In this document: in pieces, positions 1 to 12,664 of the stretch | Numbering within the stretch: position 1 is the stretch's first letter | Layout: the number at the start of each line of letters is the position of its first letter | Assembly (NCBI GenBank): GCA_907165135.1 | Contig: OU015569.1 | Coordinates: 9,796,001 to 9,860,000, forward strand | Direction of reading: 5' to 3' | Source: Oikopleura dioica | Lineage: Eukaryota; Animalia; Chordata | DNA length: 64,000 nt | Translations under genes and position numbers: made by a program | The notes under the pieces: generated by a model | Told to the model about the DNA's origin: nothing | Seen by the model: only the letters and a program-made list of their open reading frames with translations | Database searches by the model: none

Positions 1-1935
1 AGCATATTCTTGTACTTGGCTGCTTTTGGCACGTAAATCTGTGTAAGGTTCGCATACACATGGCCATTGTTAACGTATTCCGGAAACTCTTCACGAATGC
101 CTTCGACATCTGACGGAACGAATTCGTCCACCGTCGAAAGAGTAAGGATCTGTCGGAAGAGCTCAGATGTCTTCATTACTTCACTTTGCTCTGGAATCAT
201 TCTTATGTGCAGAGAAGCTCTTCCCAACGAATGCTGCTTTTCCTTTCCGATTTTCGCCAGCATATCCTCCAGAGAGGCGTAATCAGACGGAATCTTCCTG
301 TTGAAGTTGTATCTTATCATTCCGAGGTCTTTGATAAGTTTTGCAAGTTTCTCGACTTGCTCGTCCTCTTCCTCGCGGTATTGCTCTTCAATCACATGTG
401 GCCCGCAATCTTGAAGAGGGATACGAACAAAGTCCGGATTGACGTGATGGGTACACCGCGGCCCATGTCGGGGTACCCAGTACTCGCCAAGTACATCCTT
501 AGATTTTGCTTGGAAACATCTCCTTTTGATTGGACGCTCATCCGTTTTTGCATTTTAATAACGTCAATTTGAGATATCTTTCGCAATTCAGCCAAATCAG
601 CTGCCTGTTTCGCCATTAAAACTCTCTCCGCAAGTTTTGCTTTCTCAAGCCAGACCGGCTTCGATGGGAACATATCTTTTGCTGTGAACGTATTGTGTCT
701 GATTTTTGATTATGAATATTTGTCCAATAAATTTTCTACATTTAAAATCACATTTAGAGTGAAAGAACACTGGCATTGTAATACATAATAACCATTTACT
801 TCTAGCATTTGCCATTTCATTGGTTGCAAGCTTCATCAGGTGCACATTGTTGTTGTACTTTTCCATAGTTGATCGAATAGTAAACAGAATGCCTTGAATA
901 AACGCATCCCCACGAATATCCTCCACTCCGAAACTTAAGACAAGCTGATTGAGCTCATTCTTCGCGTTCATAAGTTTGTGCTTGTAGAATTTGTGAGTGT
1001 CGTAGTACCAAGAACTGAGCTCATCGAAGTCCGCGTTGTTGTAAGAAATGTTTTGGCTTATTTCGTCCATCAGATCTAATCCTTCCAGCTCTTCATAAGG
1101 TAGTTCCTTTGCCGCCCTCTCTGCGTAATTGTCAAGCGCTTCCTTTAAAAATGACTCAGTTTTATAAACAAAAATCATAAGTACCTGAATGTGAGTGAAC
1201 TTATTAGCAAGTCTGAGGCTACTCTCGAAGCTGTCATGGGCAACATGACTTAGAGTTTTAAAGAAATGCACGATATGATGATAGCGATGCTCTAGAAGAA
1301 ATTTAGAAAGAGATTTATTAAAAAATCTACCTTGGCAAGTCTGCCGGGCAGTCCATGGTGCATCTTCGGCAAATTGAATAAAATTTTGCAATTCATCAAG
1401 AATATCGTCTTTTGCCCGTTTGAGGAACATTTCGAAGTCCTTGAGAGAAGTAAACACGTCGCTGTAATCGCGTGGAACATACATATAAGAATGACGAAGA
1501 GCATCCAAAACTTTTAAATAATTTTGTCCCTTTTCGAAGAGTGCAGAGCCGAGGGAAAAATCCTCCACAGCCTTGACCAGACGTTTGATTTCCGAGCTTC
1601 CAGTCGAGAAAGAGGGTTAAACATCTGTTGAGTTTCTAAATAAATACTTTTTGCTGATCAACCCTCGCCGATAAGGGTCCAAAAGAAGCATCTCTCATCT
1701 CTTGAACGCTATCTACATAAAGCTGCATTAATTCATCCAGCGTTTCATTTGACATCTGCGGTCTTCGTTGATTCCATTGTCTGCTCTCTCTTTCCAAAAA
1801 CGGCTCGAAGTTTTCCAAGTCCGGAAACTGATCCTTCAGCTGGTCGATCTCTCTCTGCATGTAAAACTCTGGAGAGTCATCTCCTGGCTGAGCCGCGGAG
1901 CAGAGCAAAATTGTCGAAAAACGGAAAATTCTCAT
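1..1935 (-). CDS. Unknown multi-exon protein, probably secreted; 3' end runs off the window
   Basis: ATG at 1935 (MRIFRFSTILLCSAAQ, signal-peptide-like) lies downstream of an acceptor-like ...TGTCAG. Long open exon 645-1568 is helical/acidic. A further open frame runs from about 540 to base 1. Exact splice sites not resolved. Confidence 0.5.
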
Positions 1936-2175
1936 CCGGGTATTAGGCGCTCGCTCTGTCACTCTACTGTGGGCACTCTGACAAGTAATTAAGTTTGTTT
2001 ATCCCCCTCACTCTTTTCAACAGTTGACTTTCGTACACACATTTTACACTTTGTAATGGAGTATTCTTGAATCGATTGAAGATACGCATTACGGCATAGA
2101 CGGGAATCATTTTTATTCGGGAATTTGACAGTGACAAATGCTTTCTGGCAGTAAATGCTTGAGTTTCTTGTGTTG

Positions 2176-3800
2176 CTAGACTTTGAACATAGTGAGAGTA
2201 TAGTTTCTCGCTTTGGCGTAGTCCACCACTGGCTTGACGTAGTCCATCTTGTCGAGGTTGTAAAGTTTGTGCTTGTCATCCCAAGAATGAAGGTGTGCGG
2301 CGCCGACTTTCTTGAGAAACGGAAGCCACTTTTGGATGTACTCGCCACTTTTATCGAACTTTTTGCTTTGGTTCCAGGGGTTGTAGATATCGGGTCGATG
2401 CGCGATGCCAGTGCCGGTGCCACCGCAGTACTGCCAGTTGCCGTTATTTACAATCGGATCGTAGTCGATAAGGTGAAGGGCGAAGAATTTTTCGCCCTTG
2501 CGCCAGTCCACGTGGAGGATCTTCGTCAGAAAGTTTGCTAAAAGATTTTGAAAAGCGAAGAATGAGAAAAATATTACCCAAGCAGAGTCGGGCCCAGTGA
2601 CGAACGTCGCCACGCGTCTTCAACTCCGTCACCATCGCATCGATGAATGGGAAGCCAGTGCGAGCATCTTCAAACGCAGCGAACAACTCGTTTTGGCGTT
2701 CATTCCACTTGACGTCTTCAAACTTGAGTTTGAGACACTTACCGGGCTCCCCGATGCCCATCTGGTGTGGAAAGTTATGGAACATGTGTACCCAGTAGTC
2801 GCGTCGAATCGTTTGGGTGATCAGCATACGTTTGTTAAGCTTTTCCCATTCCTCAACAACTTCCCTGAAAATTACAAAAGTATATATCCATATCTATATG
2901 GCCATGCACCTGCTAGACACGCATCCGAATCTTAGATACGCCGCCAGTTCTGTCGTCTTCATTTTCGGAAATGTTCCCTCTCGAAATGCTGTGGGCACAC
3001 ATCCGTACTGCTTTTGAAACTTGTCCGTCTTTACTCTCTCGATGATCTCTAGTGCGATAGATCGCCCTCCCTTGAGCTCAATCTTGTCGTTCGGATCGTA
3101 GAAGTTCATCGTTCTTTTCCAGTCAATTGAGTATTTCGATTTCGGAATCTTTTCAGTAGGCACTTCTGGAGCCGGTCGCGACTTGGTCTTTCTCAGTTCC
3201 ATCACTGAATTGAAGTTAAATGACTTTTCTTTTTTTCTTTTCTCCTTTTAGACGGTTAAAGTTATACCTTTGTTGAAAAAAGAAGGCTCAAATTTTGTGC
3301 CTTCCTTGAGAGCGATTTTTCCTGGATCAACGAGACACATGTCATGAGATGAGACAAAGGGAATGCCATTCTTCTCGCAAATTCCTTCAATTTCACGATC
3401 GCGTTTCTTCGAATAGGGAGTGTAGTCTGCGTTGACGTAGACAGCTTCGACTCCAAACTCGTCAATCATGTGCGAAACAACTTCTGCATTGTCTCCGTAG
3501 AAGAGGTTCAAGTTGCCGGAAAGCTGTTGGTCAAGATCCTTGAGCGACTCGATCATGAATTGCACGCAGTTGTGATTCTTGTAGCTGTTCTTCGAATCAT
3601 CTATCTGTTCAGGGGTGAAGATGAAGGCTGAAAGATATTGTGAACAAAGGAGCAGAATAACTTTCTGAAAAGCTTTCAGTGAAAACACCATAAGGAGTAA
3701 CCCTAAGAAAAAATTAGCCATTTCAGAAAACGCCTAGAATGATACCAATTGTTAGTGATAAAAATTAACGTCCCTAGTGTCTCTATTGGCAAGAATACGA
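2176..3800 (-). CDS. DNA photolyase/cryptochrome family flavoprotein (class I/III-like); 5' end unresolved
   Basis: Motifs FIFTPEQI, VQFMIESLKDL, NADYTPYSKKRD, LAAYLRFGCVS, RTGFPFIDA, VDWRKGEKFF, LIDYDPIVNNGNWQ, YNPWNQSKKFD. GT-AG introns, e.g. 2538-2577. Stop TAG 2176-2178. Confidence 0.9.
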
Positions 3801-4581
3801 GCACGTACAGTTAAATTCAGACTAAGAATATTGAGTCTACTGTGCGCTATTTTCTGCCAAGAGAGAACCTTCGGAAAGGTCGACACATCGTGCCTAGTTC
3901 AAACAGAACTTTTCAATCCCATATGGGATTGATATATCAAGCGTGGAAAAAGTTCATAAAGAGCGCCTCCTAAAGCTATTGGCCAAAACAAACACTACCG
4001 CGGGCGCTTTACCTGGAATGATTTTTTCCGACGCCTTCCCCGCCGCAATCCATCCTGTATTGTCGAAGAGTCTGTAGTCTCTGCGGAAGATAAAAAGTGC
4101 CTTGCTAAACTTGCCCATTTCTACTGACGATCGAAACCGATTGTGGAAGTTTTTGGCGGATAGGTCGGATTAGGAGAATCTTCCGCCCTGATTGGCCCCC
4201 AGCGATTACGGAAGATCTGCATCACTTCTCGAAAAACCCAAAATAAGAGGTTATCCAGAAGGTTATCCCTAAACTTCAGTCTCATTGGAATCGTTTCACT
4301 ACACAGACCACATGAATGAACTTATGATAAGGGATTTTCAGGGGAATCGACGGTCCCTTGATTTTTATGAAACTCTTTCAATAAATACAGATTTTTCTGC
4401 TTGTCAATCGGTTAAAATCTGCAATCTATGCTTAGCCGCTCGGCCCTAACGTGTGTTCAAGAGGGATGCTTTTTATGTACAAACAAGAGTACACATTTTC
4501 AGTAAATATATAGAAAGTTTTATTGTCAGTGCTTCACGTAAAATAATAAAGCTACTAGTAGAGTTCCTGGGCGTTATTTCT

Positions 4582-5718
4582 TTATCGCGTCTTGCGGCCG
4601 ACAGCGCGTGGCTCGTAGACGGGAATTGGGACGAGATGTTCCGAGGGCAGAAGAATCGGCGCCAGGCCAGCCTCAATCGGGAACTGATTAAAGTCTTGGT
4701 AGGAGAGGGGCTAAAACTTTTAAATTCAAAAAACAGAGGGAAGTAACTCACCCAGAATGCCCCGGCGTCGATGGCTACGGGGTGCGCGCCCATGGAGTGC
4801 GACTGGCAGTGGGGGAAGGGGGGGAGCGTGAACGGGTCCTAAATTTGAATTATCATTTACCCGCAATTCTATCAATATTCGATCTTTACCTGGAAAAGAG
4901 GAAAAGCAGTGGACACTCCCTGATTTGCTTCTGATCCGAGCGTCAATGAGAGGGGAGAGAGAGAGGAGGACTCCCGGCTACGGTAGCGGGATTTCGTATT
5001 CGCCTGAATCAAATGATTTACCCGAGCCGAGTGTGACAACAGTCTTACCTTTGCAAACTCAATCTTCATAACTAGATTGTCAACCGATGGATCGAGGGCG
5101 AACCCGTGGAACTTATCCTTGGCTTGTTCCGCGTCCTTGCGGCTTGCGAAAGTTAGAAAGGCCACCGGGCCAAGTGGTTGGTTGTTGGGCAATTTTACGT
5201 TCCTGACAGGCTGCTTTACGATGGCACACTCGAAACCTGAAAACGTCTCTCTCATAAATTGTAAGAAGGGAGAAGAAATGATCGCTTACATAAGTCTCCG
5301 ATCCGCACATATCTCTGTTTGCAAAAAACAAGTACTCACCGCTAAATCCCTGGAAGAGGAGGTAGAATTCACGCTCTTTGACATCCTGGGGTAAGCCGGA
5401 AACGAAGAGGGTTCGTAGCTCTTCCTGAAAAAGTGAATTCATGATTTATTTATTGTGAAGCGCCCAATTTTTTTTTTGTTTTCTCTTGGCGCGATTGACT
5501 TTTTGAATCGGCTCGAATGATAGAAACCTACCCGTGGGGAGTTTCTGATAGGCGTGCTGGTTGCGATTGGAACCTGAAGGAAATTTAAGCGAATTTCAAA
5601 AGGATATGGTAAGTTTCAGCGGTGTTTTCGATACCTGGTTGTTATTCTGGTCGATGCTATGCTCAGAGATGAGCGGGGTGCCACAGACGGATCCACTCTC
5701 AGACATGTCCGACTTCAT
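4582..5718 (-). CDS. RBPMS: RNA-binding protein with multiple splicing / couch potato-like single RRM protein
   Basis: [31 protein letters not shown] and KIEFAK-ANTK motifs of the RBPMS RRM. First coding exon modelled at 5635-5718; stop at 4582-4584. Confidence 0.85.
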
Positions 5719-6268
5719 TTTGGAAATTATTGCACAGTGCGGCCTTGCACGCGTGAAAAGTGAAAGTGAAGGAAGAAGGAGAAGAGTGTGTCTCGTGTGT
5801 CTTGAGTGCGAATGGACGGATTCAGCGGCGTGCGAGCTTTTGACCCTCTGGTCGACCCAGCCGGTCAGACCAGAAACAGCGAAATCTAAAAACATAAAAA
5901 TAAAAGACGCCACCTGGCTGCAAGACAATCCAGACTAAGTCAACAAGGTTCACCCGTTTCCGCCATTTCTATCTCTCTTTCATCAAATCTCAACTGTTCA
6001 AATTGCAGTATTAATTGACTCCCTAAAAATGCCCACAACATTGATTCCCTCAATTCTAGTCTAGAAAATGTCTGCAATGTTTAAAAAAGTACGCACACGG
6101 TCAATATAAAAGTATAATTTATTAAAGTTTAATATTTGAGGGTCCGTGATAAATGCTCGATTTTTTCGAATCAGGAAGGTATAGAAGATGGCAGTGGTAG
6201 GCCCGATCTCGTTAGGATTTCCGAATTGTGCTGAATTGTCTTGAATTGAAGACAATATAGAAGATACA

Positions 6269-8690
6269 TTATGAAAATCCATTCCTTAGTTGAAGTTGAG
6301 CTCCTTGATAGCCTGGATTCATCGCGGCAAGAACAGGCTGAGTGAATTTGTCGACAAATGTGAAAATCTAAAGAAGTAAATACGTCTTTCGTAAGGAACT
6401 TAGTGCGAACCAATTTGTTATTATCGACGTCTACAAAATTTATGCGCCCAGAGTCGCAGTCCATTAAGATTCCAAGTCTCTGCAAATGGATGTTTTCCAG
6501 CTCGATGATCTTCGTTAGTTCAGCTGAGCGCGCTTTCAGGAACTTTTATACGGATGCAAAACTGCTTACATAGCTCGAGATGAATATATTGTACCGATCA
6601 TAATTGCGTCCTCATTCCTTGGGAGTGTGATGGAGAACCCATGATCCTTGGACTGCTCCCAGCCAAGCATTTCTTGGAATTGAGTGATAACTCACTCCGA
6701 TGATCCAGTTTGCCGACTGTAGCATCTCTTCAGGACCTATTAGCACTTCCCAGTAATGTCTTCCTGTTTTGAATTGCGCTCCACCCAGGATATTTAACGC
6801 TTGGGAGAAACGAGCAGGACTCATCATCGGACTCGCTAAGGACCTGAAACTTTGTACACTAGTTTCGTTTGAGTAAGTTTACCGGGAGTTGTCTGACTTC
6901 GTCGAAACATTGCAACTGGTATCCTCACCTTTGTAGCGCACGCGATTCAAGGAAGAGCTCTTTTTATAGGATAGAATCAATATTTTTAATGTCTAGTCTT
7001 ATTGTTGAAGGTATCCGTGTCAATGTCAGTTTGTGATGGGCAGTTTCTGGGTCAAGTGTAAATTGATTGTTTGTGGGCAACGGAAGACTTTGGACGCTAA
7101 TAGGAGCTTGTTTTAGAAGTCAAAGAAGAAAAAGATCCAAAAAGACAAGCCGATCCTGAAAAATTGGGATGGAGCGCTGTCAATGGCCCCTCGGGCAGTA
7201 ACCTGAAATGTGACAATGGAAGAAGGCTTGTATCAAGCGCTCGATTTCTCATTCATTAAAAATGTAAGAACATGATACGAATGGAAACACTCCATTAGAA
7301 GGCAATTACGTTTAGGCGCTTTGAGCACTTTCCTGCAAATCGGTCACTTCAAAGTGATTGTCCTTCGTCGTGCAAGCGTACTCCTCGGGGCAGCTTGAAC
7401 CTCGGATTATCCAAAATCTAGCAATACAGTAGTAATTAGGTGATTAACCGATGAGCAGCCACTTTTTAATGACTTGCCTTATTAGATAGTCTTTGGCGCC
7501 GGGGGAGTGCGCCCAAGACAAGTTAACGTAATCGAAGGAGATATCGCCTTCGCTGGGTCTGTAGACCCTTGGCACATCAGGCTGAGTGATCAATTTCACC
7601 TGTGAAATGATGCGCTCGAGTCCCTTAAATTGGATCAGTGCTAGTCGATTCCTTATAATACCTTTGTGTCCAGCACTGGCTTATCCACGTCTTTGAGTAC
7701 GTTCGGCTCGGCGATGAGCGCACCAAGCTGCTCCAGTCGGCATTGAAAATCTCTAATCGTCGTATGCCTACATTTTTCAATTAAGAGCCCCATTTAATGA
7801 TTGATAACGATATAATCGTCGTTGTGTATATCTAATGAATCTACTTGTACGGGTCTTGCGCGTCTTCTGCCGAGGCAGCTTTGGCATGCTGCTCCAGATT
7901 GTCGATCATGCGCTCTCGTTTGCGCAGTTTCTCCAAGTGAACTCGGATGCGCTCCTCCTCAGCCGCCTTCATCTTGCGTATCTGGCTCGTCAGTTCCACG
8001 TTGCGCGACGTCAATCGTTTTTCACTGAAGAGAACACTAAGGGCACATTGCAATCACAGCGTTGCGACCTGATGTGATTTCTCTAAAAGCAGTCGCCTCT
8101 AGGCTGGAAAAGTAAACCGCGCTCTCAGACTTCATTTTTTCAAGTTCTGCAATCAGAATACGGCTTTGGCATTTTTTCGCGTCGAGGTCTCTTCTAGCGT
8201 TTCCGAGCCAAGACCTTTAAAATTTCGTTACATTCAAGAATGTTTATACCACGCACCGGAACATTCCCAAAACATCAAGGAAAAAATCCACGTCTTTCGT
8301 CGAATCCAAATTTTCACTGGGCTATTTACAGTTCTTTTATGATTGTGCTTAAAATAATCAAGATTTTTTAATAAAAAATGGAGGTGTAAAAGTTCTGCTG
8401 GTTGGATCAGCTAAAATAGCCAGTGAGGAATCCTCGCTGAAGATTATAATGAACTCATTCATCGACAGACTGCGCACGCACGCAACTTGAACATATTTAA
8501 TCCTTCGCAATGATTAAACGATGCATGAGCTCATTGCTCAAGCAACTTAGCATGTCTAAATACTCAAAAGACCTGTTCCTGGAATTCTGAAGACGTCGAC
8601 AGACGCCGGTCTGCAGTAGATACAGATCGAGTTCTGGAACCAATTGAAGACACATCTGGAGAAGATGGACCAGCAGAGCCTAGAATTCAA
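6269..8690 (-). CDS. Coiled-coil + fibronectin type III + PRY/SPRY (B30.2) protein, FSD1/TRIM C-terminus-like; 5' end uncertain
   Basis: FTLDPETAHHKLTL (PRY), FKTGRHYWEV, WIIGV, RLGILMDCDSGRINFVDV (SPRY). FN3-like exon near 7500-7600 and coiled-coil exon 7841-8053. Last exon ends ...LRNGFS* at 6269. Confidence 0.75.
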
Positions 8691-10692
8691 ATTCAAAAAT
8701 CGCAAAAATCGCAATTGCACGTAATTGAGTTTTATCATGTAAATCACGTGTTTTGAATACTCCTATGCTTACAAAATGAGCGATAAAAGCTTTCGATATT
8801 GCTACGGAAATATGATTGCAAAGAGTTACTTACCGAAATATCTTCTCTCTTGGTTATCAACAGGTTTTAAGTGGCACATTTCATTTGAGGGCTTTAAAAA
8901 CAAGAATTTGTAAAAGAATCTGAAAATGCGAAATCGTATATGGAGCCCTCTAACCTAATCTCTTTGAAATCATGGAGGACGGTTCTTCGTTGGACTGGAT
9001 TAGATTTAGCGGATCATTATCGAAGGCATCGCTGGTTTTCGCCTCCGCTGAGGACATCGATTACAGGGAGGAGAGACAGGATCGTAACAGGAATCGCCGC
9101 GAGGACTCTCTTTGCCGTACTCACTGAGCATAAACTATAACCCGGCTAAGTGCGGCTTATCTGCTCTGTGTGAGTCTGTGTGGCCAAGGGTGGCGTCAGC
9201 AGCAGTGAAATTAATTGAGCCTCGAATTCGGCCTTGGCGTCGCACTCGCCCGAGGGCAGCGCGATCGATCCAGGCCTCGTCCGCCCTTCAGAGGACAAAT
9301 ACTGAACCTACTGTCCAACAGTCAGATCTGTCAGCCACACTGGCAGCCTACCCTTATCCGCACGCCATTTATAACATATAAATTATATCATGCTACGGCC
9401 GTCCCAGAAAACGGCTCTGACATCGATCAATTTAATTTGTCGCTTTTGACTTTGCTCAACTCTTTTCAATCGCAAATTCGTACTTACTAACGTATCCAGA
9501 AAATAACCCATAGAGTAAGATAAACTCGATATTTTCTACGAGGCAGATCTTTAGAGACGAACATCGTTCATCGAGTGAAAATTAATTGCTTATCGATCAT
9601 TTATTTGAAAGAAACAAATGGCCTTTCCGATGGAGCTATCGCCCAAATTGATGTACATGATTGTGACACCTTTTTCTGCTCAATAAACTCATTTCTACAC
9701 TCATTAAAATCCTAACTACCATTAGCTTGACCTGCAACATTTTGTCTTGTTACTCACGCTTTTTGGAAAATTAAAAGATTTTTTAAAAAATTTAAAAAGT
9801 AGTGGTTCTTTGTGCTTATGTCAAAATAATGAATCATTTATAATGATATAATACGAACTGTAATTTTAAAAATACGTCAAACGTAGAGGTCTTTCTGCTG
9901 AATGAAGAACTTATTATCAAAAGGGAGGCGTCGTGCATGTGTCAAAGGTCTATTAAAGGAAACAATGCTTGCAGACTTCTGTCACTCGGGAGTAGGCCCA
10001 TTAGTCGGACTCACTTACTGTCAAAAAAAAAACAAGAATCGCTAACCAAAGAGTCAATTGAAAATCAGAAAATTGCTTTCAATATATTTTATAAACGAAG
10101 ATATAGGAAAAAAATCAAATAATAAATTTCTCTCACTGTTTTAGACGAAATTCTTACGATTGAGTATTCATGATTTAAAACTGTATGATAGATATTTTAT
10201 ACTGAATATGGATGTGGTCATTTTAATGCGTGAAAAGATAACCACTAATTGCGGCATCATGCATTGCAGTAATTAGCTAGATTTTATTCCTTATTATTCA
10301 AAGCTTATGGAAATAAATCTTATTTGATACAATGCAAAAATATCAAGGATTGTGCTTTGCTCACTTCTTTCATGCCACTCTTACTCAGGATAATTTCAAG
10401 CAGGTCGACATTGAATTCTTCGTCGACATAGCTGGAGCTAGACTTGCAGAGGAAGACAACGAGGACGATGAAGAAGGCTCCGCAATGGGTTGTGCCAGGT
10501 CATTGTAGTCAAAGCTGATCGATGTGTCATAAACTCCGACGAAGTAGAAGAAGAACTACTTATTTTTTCGAGTATTGAGTCTATTCGATTTCGAATATCG
10601 GCTTTTTTATTAAAAATGTGAATTATGAATTTTAATTTTATTACAAAAATATAATGTTGCGATACGATGAGGAGAAATAAGTAGGGTTTTTA

Positions 10693-11580
10693 TCACGCGA
10701 GGATGCAGGATTCGTACGTCGGCACCATGTACTTGATGTTGATGAAGGCATCGGGTCCGCCGTGACGCTCGAACGCGCCCAAGGTCTCCTCGATAAGGTC
10801 CCCTACGTTTTCGCGCTTCTGTTGAGAGTAGTCGATCGCATCTCCTCTGTTCGCGTTTGCGTTCTGAAGTCATGTTTAAAATCGCTGCTTGCCAGCTATG
10901 CATGCCTTGAATAAATTTAAAACGGGCAAGATCTGGCGATAGTAAGGCACGAGCGCTTCTCCAACCATATCTCCAGCCACAACCAAGTGTTGCAGAATCT
11001 TCAGCGTGGTACAGATCACTGATCGGTCGCGTGTGTTGAGTGCATTCTTGATTGGGATGATCAACTGGGGAATTACGGGGAGGATCTTTGCACCACCGTG
11101 TTCAAGCATATCGTGGATTCCTAGCCATATTTTTTCACAATTTTATTCACAAAAATGATATTTTTAAGAATTTTATCACCTTGTCTCGCGAAAAACTCAT
11201 AGGGATGTTTTGTCTCGCAAAGCCCATCAAAAAGAGTGGCAAGTAGTGATGATAGTCGAGCTTTTCAATCTCGACCTTCCAGGCGATTCGGTTGCCCTTC
11301 GTATCGTGTTCAAGCGCAACAGGAAAATCGCCACGCTCGTAGAACTTTCGGAATTGGGTGGGTCGACTTTCTCGCTTCTTGAAAGCGCCGGTGGAAGGTG
11401 GACCAACTACTTTGACACCTGCTTGTCGGGATGAGACCTTGACATTTTATTATTTATAAAAAAGGGATAGTAATATCTGGAGATTTCAAGCTTTCCCAAA
11501 GTTATTAGTTTCGGGGCAACTAATTGAGTTACCGTAAAGCCTAGTGTAGATCTCTGAGGCTTAGTCTCGGCTGGCGCCAT
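10693..11580 (-). CDS. PACRG: Parkin co-regulated gene protein (ciliary inner-junction protein)
   Basis: [73 protein letters not shown]. Three introns, the last GC-AG (10864-10905). Confidence 0.97.
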
Positions 11581-12279
11581 TCTCTCCGAAATAGAGCAAG
11601 TTCTCTTTTAAAAATTTAGAAAAATAAAATCGTCAAAATGAGACACTTGAGCGTAGCAACGCGAGCCCGTTGCCAAGCTTTCTCAAACACCACAGCTACG
11701 AACTCAGAATAACTCACAATTAATCTTTGATTTATTCATTTCGAATCAAATGTTTTAACGTAAAATAACGGAATATACTTTATTGGCTGCATGTTTGAAA
11801 TTGTATTTTAATCAATTCTCACAAGTGCCCGAGAAGGCTAATTCGCTTTCGCTCAATAATTTCAAAAGTGCACTAAATCTAAAAATAATCTGCAAGTGCG
11901 AAAATGAGCTCTTACAAGTTGCTATTAGAATTACATAAAATCTCCTCCTCACACATGTTTCCCGCTAAAGATAGATTTAACGAACCTTTAACCTATTTAA
12001 TTGCATCCGCTCTCCTCCAAAGCATATAAAAAAAAACACTTTTTACGTTGCTCACTAAAAATCAATGTGGGACTTCGTCTATTGCATAAATTCTTTCTTG
12101 TCTAATATAGAAAGTATTTTAAAAATTGAACGGTAATTGAGAGGCTTGTCGAAATAGGAAGTGATGATTTGCATTCTCGGGCTGAACCTGTTAAGCGCTG
12201 CATCAGTGAAAAGTGTCGAGGCTCACACCTGCTCTCAGAAAGTACTCAGAATATCTTGAGAAATAACTCCAAAAATATT

Positions 12280-12554
12280 ATGCAGGCTGAACAGATGGAG
12301 GTTGATATGGACTACGAATTCACCTATTCACCTGAAGACGCGCCAAACACCGAAGAGGAACTGTTTCAAATCAATGAACTCATGACGTTCTTATACCAGG
12401 TATGATTTAATTTGATAATCAATGCCTTAATTTTGCTACTTTATGATTTAAGCGACTTCCTGGCTGCTTAGGAAACGAGAAAATGGACGAAATGGGTCTC
12501 ATTTCGGCTGCTATTGAGTATATAAATTCCCTCTATGGATGCTTATCGAACTGA
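12280..12554 (+). CDS. Small helix-loop-helix protein lacking a basic region (Id/emc-like architecture), about 73 aa
   Basis: Exons 12280-12399 and 12453-12554 joined by a GT-AG intron give INELMTFLYQRLP-GCLGNE-KMDEMGLISAAIEYINSL, matching the HLH helix1-loop-helix2 pattern. Confidence 0.65.
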
Positions 12555-12664
12555 GATCAATCCTAGAATTTCTTTGCTGATTTAATAAATGTGTATTAAA
12601 GTTGTATATCCATTTATTTGGCAGGCAGTGCAGATAGAAGCGTACAAAATTGTCGAGTAGCGGG

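Noticed and set aside
9500-10560. Possible small membrane-protein exon (FFIVLVVFLCK...) on the minus strand
   Set aside because: No start codon or coherent exon chain could be built; too weak to call.
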